Positions 7,013 to 12,313 of a stretch of DNA of 12,313 nt are shown piece after piece (the stretch's first letter is position 1; every line of letters starts with the position of its first letter). The notes below the pieces were generated by a model. It was not told where the DNA came from. It worked only from the letters and a program-made list of their open reading frames with translations, and ran no database searches. Origin of the DNA: Candidatus Wukongarchaeum yapensis (GTDB lineage: Archaea; Asgardarchaeota; Wukongarchaeia; Wukongarchaeales; Wukongarchaeaceae); contig JAEOSI010000045.1 of the NCBI GenBank assembly GCA_016840425.1, positions 1 through 12,313 of the forward strand, read 5' to 3'. A program made the translations under genes and the position numbers.

Positions 7013-7783
7013 CTAAAAAGACGCAGAAGTTATAACAATCTGTCCATTGTCTTCGTCATGTTCTATGGTTATCTTTTGATCACTAGCTAAAAATAGTAAT
7101 GAAAGTACTATGTTAACCAGCATAATCACCTTACGATCATGGCCAAGATCTTGTGAAAAATTTTCATCTAAAATTTTCCTTATTAGCCAGCTTAATTCAA
7201 TGCTTAAACCATTAGCTAGATATCTTTTAACGTATTCATAGGTGTCAAAGATGATCTTCTCGAAGTCTGTTTTATATTCATCAATTGCTATTTTTTTGAA
7301 TTCTTCGCGGCTTGCCTCTTTAAAACTCTTTTTATCCTTCCTTTTTGCTCTCTGTTTCTGCATAATAATTTTCTTAAGTGCATAAGCTAGTTCGGATAAA
7401 CTCGCTTCCCTTTTGCTTCTTCTCAAAGATGTCAATAAATCGATATTAGCCTTTAATTCCTTGCTCAAATCTTCTTCGCTCTTAACCTTTTCTTCTGTTT
7501 GAATGAGGGTTTCTTTCAACAAACTATCCGTTTTTTTCCTGTGTATTACTGAGGCAGAATGAAGAATCTGCCCTGAAACCGTAAAATCTACTTCTTCTTC
7601 CTCGGCTAAAAGTTCTAGAAAGGAGAGTATGAGGCCTGCAAGGTCGATTTTCCATGGATCAAGTTTATGCGATTTTATAACATTTAATAAGTATACGTAA
7701 GGCGGTTCTAGCCAGAAAGGTTTCTTTTTTTCACTGTTTCCATCTAAGGGCTTTAAATTCGAGTCTTCATCCAATTTTTTCAC
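7013..7783 (-). CDS. scpA: Segregation and condensation protein A (kleisin)
   Basis: N-terminal DPWKIDL...DFTVSGQILHSASVIHRKKT and C-terminal winged-helix-type LSLLFLASDQKITIEHD. GTG start overlaps the smc TGA by 4 nt (GTGA). Confidence 0.9.
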   Translation of the reverse strand: MKKLDEDSNLKPLDGNSEKKKPFWLEPPYVYLLNVIKSHKLDPWKIDLAGLILSFLELLAEEEEVDFTVSGQILHSASVIHRKKTDSLLKETLIQTEEKVKSEEDLSKELKANIDLLTSLRRSKREASLSELAYALKKIIMQKQRAKRKDKKSFKEASREEFKKIAIDEYKTDFEKIIFDTYEYVKRYLANGLSIELSWLIRKILDENFSQDLGHDRKVIMLVNIVLSLLFLASDQKITIEHDEDNGQIVITSASF

Positions 7784-10700
7784 CTTTTAGCAATAGCTAC
7801 CTGTTCATCCGTTAACTCTTCCAGTTCAACACCTTCTGAGGTCAACACTTTCACGAGGTCCTCCAAATTAAGGCGTATCGTGTTGGAAATGCCTTCTCTG
7901 CTATAAACACCGATCAAAGTCTTTGCTCTAGCAATCATGACATCTCGGAGGCTCACTACTATGAATTGCCATTTTTCAGATAGATCGGATATCAATTCTG
8001 CTACTCTTTGAACGTTGGCAGGATCAAGGAAAGCATCTATCTCATCAAGTAAATAAAAGGGCGCAGGGGATACTTGTTGGATGGCGAACATGAAGGAAAG
8101 GGTCGTCAGGGATTTCTCTCCCCCACTCATAGCCCTAGGGCTTTTAACCTTCTTCCCTTCTGGACTGGCGTTGATGTCTACCCCACCAGCGAAGGGATCA
8201 TCTGGGTTCTGCAGTACTAGGTAAGCTTCTCCGCCAGGTGATAATAGAGCAAATATCTTACGCATGTGGGTGTTCACTTCATTAAAAACCTTTAAGAATG
8301 CTTGTCTCTTTTCCTCTTCTAATTGTCTCATGAATTCTAGAATGCTTCCCTTTTCTTCAAGAACCTTCTTTCTCTTTTCACCTAATTCTTTGTACCTTTT
8401 CTCAAACTGCTCATACTGTGACACAGCTAACTGGTTAATGGGTTCTAGGTCGATTTTTTCTTGTATGAGCATGCTTATTTCATTTTCGAGTTTTTCCGTA
8501 TCTATTGTTTCACTGTCTTTTATTTTCATCAAGTTGTCCTTTTTTTCCACTTTTTTCCTTAATTTTTCCACTTTTTGTTCTATGTGTTCTTTTCTGACGT
8601 TATGCTCCCTGATCTCTGATTGTTTCTCTGAAAGAGTTTTTTCAAGGTGTTTCAATTTTCTTTCTGTTTTCTTTATCTCTTTCTTTAGGTTCTTCTCTTC
8701 TTCTTTCATTTCTGAAATAACGGTCTTTGTTGCTTCTTGTTCTTCTGATATTTTTTGAAGCCTTTCCCTCTCTTTTTCTACGACTTTATCCTTTTCTTCT
8801 TTATCTGCTAATAATTGGGTTTTTTCATTTTCTAATGATGATAAAGTTTTTTGTAAATCCTCGTTTTGCTTGTTTGCTTGCTTTACGAGGAGTTGACGTT
8901 CAGTGATCTTTATTTCAATCTCGCTCAGTTGGGATCTAAGTGTTGCTGCTTCAGTTTTCAAGTTTTCAAGTTTTTGATACTGTTCTAGAGCTTTAGAGTT
9001 TTCAAGCTCTTCTAAGCGAACTTTTTCCTCTTCGCTTATTTCTTGAACAAGCTTCTCTTTTTCTTCTTCTTCGCTTGTCAATTGCTTTAACAAGATTTCC
9101 TCTTCTAAGACGCGTTTTTCCAACTCTTTGATCCTTAAAAGAAATTTTTCAAACTCTTGTTTTTCCTTCTCAAGTTTTTCCTCTTCAAACGTTTTAGACT
9201 GCCTTAACCTTTCACAATCACGCTTCAGTTTTTCAGCAGCAGCTTCCTGTTCTTTTTCTGTTCCCAAAAGTAGTTCAAGTTTATCTTCCTTTTTATTTTT
9301 AGATTCCTCAAGAGATTGTAACTTCTCTTGAAGCTCTTTAATCTCCTCTGGGTCTATTGAAAAAGGCATAGTTGCAGACTTTTTCTGGTAGTGACCCCCT
9401 GTAATCAAGCCAGAGTGGTAGAAAACGTCTCCCTCTAAAGTTACGGCTCGATCGCAATATTTGCTTGCTTTCTTACCAGCTTCTAAGCTTTCAACGATTA
9501 ACGCGCCGCCGAAAACGAACTCTATGACTTTTCGAAACTTTTCATCAAACTTAACTAAACTGATTGCTGGGGCAATCACGCCCTCCATCTCGTCATAACC
9601 CTCAACTTCACTCGCAGTGATAACCTTCTTCGGTTGAACCCTGTTCAAAGGTAGGAATGAAACCCTTCCTATTCTTCTTTCTTTGAGGTATTTAATGCAT
9701 TCTGTGGCGGTATAATCATCTTCAACGACAACGTACTCAAGTCTTGCTCCCCCTGCAACTTGGAGTGCTACCGTGAATTGGGGGTCTGTTGTGCATAACT
9801 CAGCAACAGTGCCGTAGATTCCTTTGATTTTCTGCTGGTCTCCAAGCATGAGTACCGCGTTTATGGCGGCCTTTTTTCTCCTAAAAATGCTGCGAAGGTT
9901 CTTAACAGCTTCCAATCTCGTCTTTGCTCTAATTAATTCCGCTCTTTGGTCCTGTATTTCACTTTCCAAAACCTTGATATCTTGGGTGAGAGCTTCAACC
10001 GTGCCTCTTTCACTAGTTTTTAATCTTTCCTCAAGGAGGCTCAACTCTTGGGCTTTTTCCTCCAAGCTTTTCAAGGTCTCATGAACCAACAACTTGATCT
10101 CGTCAACTGTTTCCTTCTTTTTACCAAATTCTTCCGTTGTGGTTCTCAATGATTCTTCAAGGAGTTGAAGCTCTTTGCGTTTAGCTTGAACTTGTGATTT
10201 AAGTGAAACCAAATCGCTCTCCATCTCTCGCCTTTTATTTGCCAGATCAGTTAAACTCTTTTGTTTTGAAGATATTTCCTTGTAGAGTCCCTCCAAACTG
10301 GAGGAAGAATCAGCAATCTCCTTCTCCTTTGATTCTATTTCCGAAGTTTTGCTTTGATAACTCTCCTTCAAAAAGGTTAAATCAGCCTCTCCTTTTATCA
10401 AATCCATCTTAACAGTCTTAATCCCTTCACGTATTTCCTTAATTCTCTGATCTGACTCTTTAATTGATTTGTTCAAATGATCTAAGCGCACCTCCTCTGC
10501 GCTGAGGACTTCACGCACATTGGCTCCCCTATCCCTAAGACCGTTCAGCTCCTCAGTCTTATCAGATAATCTTACCTCCATCTCAATGATCTTGGAATCC
10601 AATTCTTCCAAAAACTCTTGATCACTATCAATATGGGCAGAAATATCGGAGCATTCTTCCTCACACCTATCAATTTCTCCATCAATATCGGCCAAAGAAT

Positions 10701-11415
10701 CCTCTAAAAGCATTAATTTGCCTAATAGTAAAAGGTCCTCGATTTCGTTGATCCTTATCCCGATTTCTTCGTAACGGAGCGCAGCTTCTTTTTCCTCCTT
10801 TAATCGCTCCATTATCTCTAAAACATCGCCAATCCTTGTTTCTACCTGTTTCAAATTGAAATCAGCTTGCTCTAGCTCCTTAAGAGCTTCTTCTTTCTTC
10901 AAGTCATAAGCTTCAATACCCGCCATGCGTTCAATGATCTTACGTCTCTCCAAAGGATCCATCTGAGCTAACTGCGCGATCAACCCTTGCTGAACAATAT
11001 TAAATCCATCTAGGTGAATGTTAGCGGTGTCCAAGAAATCGATGATCTGCCATCGCGTCACAGTGCGTCCCTGAAGCTTATACCTCCCCCGGCCGTTAGA
11101 CAAGACATCACGCCCAATAACAACCTCATCAGCATCAATCAACATTTCCCTGTTGCTATTATCAAAAACCAATGAAACAGATGCAGAAGTAGGTTTACCA
11201 TGTGGCCCGTCATAAATCAGACCAGAAAATGTCTCGGCCCGCAAGGTCTTAGAACTCAAATTACCCAAAACGAAAAGGAGAGCATCAGCTACATTGCTTT
11301 TCCCAGAGCCATTCGGTCCCACAATAGCGTTAAAACCCTTAGTGAAATTGATGGTAACCTTACGTGGACCAAAGCTCTTAAAATTCCTCAACACAAGTTT
11401 CTCAACGAACACCAA
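7780..11415 (-). CDS. smc: Chromosome segregation protein SMC
   Basis: 1211 aa. Walker A GPNGSGKS, Q-loop NIVQQG, long coiled coils, hinge (GIYGTVAEL...GRVSFLPL...TLEGDVFYHSGLITGG), signature MSGGEKS, Walker B/D-loop LLDEIDAFLD, archaeal-type FIVVSLR. Start is TTG 11415 or GTG 11412. Confidence 0.97.
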   Translation of the reverse strand: MVFVEKLVLRNFKSFGPRKVTINFTKGFNAIVGPNGSGKSNVADALLFVLGNLSSKTLRAETFSGLIYDGPHGKPTSASVSLVFDNSNREMLIDADEVVIGRDVLSNGRGRYKLQGRTVTRWQIIDFLDTANIHLDGFNIVQQGLIAQLAQMDPLERRKIIERMAGIEAYDLKKEEALKELEQADFNLKQVETRIGDVLEIMERLKEEKEAALRYEEIGIRINEIEDLLLLGKLMLLEDSLADIDGEIDRCEEECSDISAHIDSDQEFLEELDSKIIEMEVRLSDKTEELNGLRDRGANVREVLSAEEVRLDHLNKSIKESDQRIKEIREGIKTVKMDLIKGEADLTFLKESYQSKTSEIESKEKEIADSSSSLEGLYKEISSKQKSLTDLANKRREMESDLVSLKSQVQAKRKELQLLEESLRTTTEEFGKKKETVDEIKLLVHETLKSLEEKAQELSLLEERLKTSERGTVEALTQDIKVLESEIQDQRAELIRAKTRLEAVKNLRSIFRRKKAAINAVLMLGDQQKIKGIYGTVAELCTTDPQFTVALQVAGGARLEYVVVEDDYTATECIKYLKERRIGRVSFLPLNRVQPKKVITASEVEGYDEMEGVIAPAISLVKFDEKFRKVIEFVFGGALIVESLEAGKKASKYCDRAVTLEGDVFYHSGLITGGHYQKKSATMPFSIDPEEIKELQEKLQSLEESKNKKEDKLELLLGTEKEQEAAAEKLKRDCERLRQSKTFEEEKLEKEKQEFEKFLLRIKELEKRVLEEEILLKQLTSEEEEKEKLVQEISEEEKVRLEELENSKALEQYQKLENLKTEAATLRSQLSEIEIKITERQLLVKQANKQNEDLQKTLSSLENEKTQLLADKEEKDKVVEKERERLQKISEEQEATKTVISEMKEEEKNLKKEIKKTERKLKHLEKTLSEKQSEIREHNVRKEHIEQKVEKLRKKVEKKDNLMKIKDSETIDTEKLENEISMLIQEKIDLEPINQLAVSQYEQFEKRYKELGEKRKKVLEEKGSILEFMRQLEEEKRQAFLKVFNEVNTHMRKIFALLSPGGEAYLVLQNPDDPFAGGVDINASPEGKKVKSPRAMSGGEKSLTTLSFMFAIQQVSPAPFYLLDEIDAFLDPANVQRVAELISDLSEKWQFIVVSLRDVMIARAKTLIGVYSREGISNTIRLNLEDLVKVLTSEGVELEELTDEQVAIAKR

Positions 11416-11446
11416 AGGCTTACCAACCGCCAGCTATTCATATCTA

Positions 11447-11474
11447 AATGTTATAAACATTAATAAACATTAAT
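11447..11474 (-). promoter_or_regulatory. Putative smc promoter: TATA box within an inverted repeat, plus tandem 10-mers
   Basis: Minus-strand TTTATAAC at 11457-11450, about 35 nt before the start. Palindrome AATGTT-ATA-AACATT at 11447-11461. AAACATTAAT repeated at 11455-11464 and 11465-11474. Confidence 0.55.
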
Positions 11475-11564
11475 ATTAAAAATGGCTAAATTGCCTGTTA
11501 AATATTCTGATATCACCCCAGTATACTCGGACACTTCTAACAAACTAAAATCAGCACTCATTTG

Positions 11565-11586
11565 GTTTTAACTAGCGTGTTAAAAC
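11565..11586. repeat. Perfect 8-bp inverted repeat with a 6-bp spacer
   Basis: GTTTTAAC-TAGCGT-GTTAAAAC in the trmO-smc spacer. Function unknown. Confidence 0.5.
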
Positions 11587-11638
11587 TCTTTTATAAGGGG
11601 ACTTTAAAATACTTTTATCGGAAGTTGCATATTCCATA

Positions 11639-12127
11639 TCAGCTTCTGAAGCTTTCATCTGACCTTTTATTGGTAGATTTTTTAATCTTTTTAGAAAGCC
11701 ATCCAATCCGTACCTTTTCTTCACTTTTATCGAATTCTGGAACATATGGTTTAATATCCAATAGGGGGGTGCCGTCTACGATATCGACATTTGATATATA
11801 GAGGGTTGTTCCTTCAATTTTCTCGAGACGAACAACTGAAACACCTATGGGATTCGGGCGTTTCGGTGCCCTTGTCGCAAAAAGACCGCGAAGGGTATCA
11901 TCAAGAAACGGTTTTACTTTCAATGAATAGCCTTCTGATAAATGAAAGTGATAAATGAGCATGATGTGGGAGAAGCCCTCAAGGTCTTTAAGTCCTTCTT
12001 TATATTCTGGTTGCAACTCAACTGTTCCCGACACGCCCTTTGCCCTAACCGGTTGTATGGGCATCCCTTTGGGCTCTTTAAACGGTGAATTTATGATCCC
12101 TATTGGTTTGTATTGAACTATTTTCAT
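11639..12127 (-). CDS. tsaA: tRNA m6t6A37 methyltransferase TrmO (TsaA/YaeB family), single-domain SAM-binding form
   Basis: PIGIINSPF...PIQP, LEGFSHIMLIYHFH, GLFATRAPKRPNPIG and DIVDGTPLLDIKPY motifs. AAGGT upstream of the ATG. Confidence 0.92.
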   Translation of the reverse strand: MKIVQYKPIGIINSPFKEPKGMPIQPVRAKGVSGTVELQPEYKEGLKDLEGFSHIMLIYHFHLSEGYSLKVKPFLDDTLRGLFATRAPKRPNPIGVSVVRLEKIEGTTLYISNVDIVDGTPLLDIKPYVPEFDKSEEKVRIGWLSKKIKKSTNKRSDESFRS

Positions 12128-12313
12128 CTGAATTTACCTTCTTTTAGCGCGATTTTCAGCGATGTTTTACAGATAAAAGAAGTTGGTTAAGACATTTGGG
12201 TTACCTAAACAAATGGTAAACATGTTGTTATTGTGATGGATTTTACTCAGATTTTACCGGTTGTCTTATAACAGTTTTCATTTTTTCTGGTGCCACTCTA
12301 CGGGGATCGTTCA

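Noticed and set aside
7780-7970. Smc H-loop lacking His (FIVVSLR) and an acidic C-terminal tail
   Set aside because: Leu at this position is normal in archaeal Smc, and as I recall Thermococcales Smc also has a helical C-terminal extension.
638-11801. Remaining short plus-strand ORFs in the track (638-826, 870-1088, 2982-3170, 3366-3761, 4002-4232, 4396-4692, 5487-5669, 8264-8758, 9128-9331, 9824-10084, 10203-10412, 11200-11463, 11562-11801)
   Set aside because: Antisense shadows of real genes. Their Ser/Phe/Leu-rich composition is what reverse-complemented Lys/Glu codons produce.
12128-12242. Possible SAM riboswitch or structured RNA upstream of tsaA
   Set aside because: Only a weak imperfect hairpin (CATTTG...CAAATG) and no conserved aptamer motifs.
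12243-12311. Possible 3' end of an upstream minus-strand gene (...NDPRRVAPEKMKTVIRQPVKSE*)
   Set aside because: Only 22 open codons at the window edge, not distinguishable from chance without flanking sequence.
1-12313. CRISPR arrays, IS elements, inteins, ORB origin boxes and rRNA/tRNA genes
   Set aside because: No regularly spaced repeats, transposase or integrase ORFs, terminal inverted repeats, intein motifs or RNA-gene signatures were found on reading.

Overview
Archaeal chromosomal region; the lineage is uncertain, though the ScpA N-terminus looks TACK/Asgard-like to me (low confidence). Most genes are on the minus strand: trmO/tsaA (11639-12127), a coupled smc-scpA pair without scpB (7013-11415), and an sdhA-sdhB-aspartase/class II fumarase operon with no membrane-anchor genes (2966-6877). 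On the plus strand, converging on that operon, is a stand-alone phenylacetate-CoA ligase/F390 synthetase-family gene (1349-2914). Left of it, on the minus strand, are two tandem 44%-identical 97-codon two-TM paralogs (458-1066) and the 5' end of a truncated glycosyltransferase-like gene that the ORF track missed (<1-244). I found no tRNA, rRNA, CRISPR array or mobile element. The most unusual signals are: (1) a synonymous third-position gradient that is U(/G)-rich near promoters, A/C-rich distally, and resets at the sdhA promoter; (2) Shine-Dalgarno geometry pointing to ATT and ATA start codons in two genes; (3) an upstream paralog whose full 97-codon frame survives behind an ATA start and an internal TAA; (4) an anchor-less SdhAB paired with an aspartase-type lyase. 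All counts and alignments were done by hand. I see no clear-cut new multi-gene system, only these leads.
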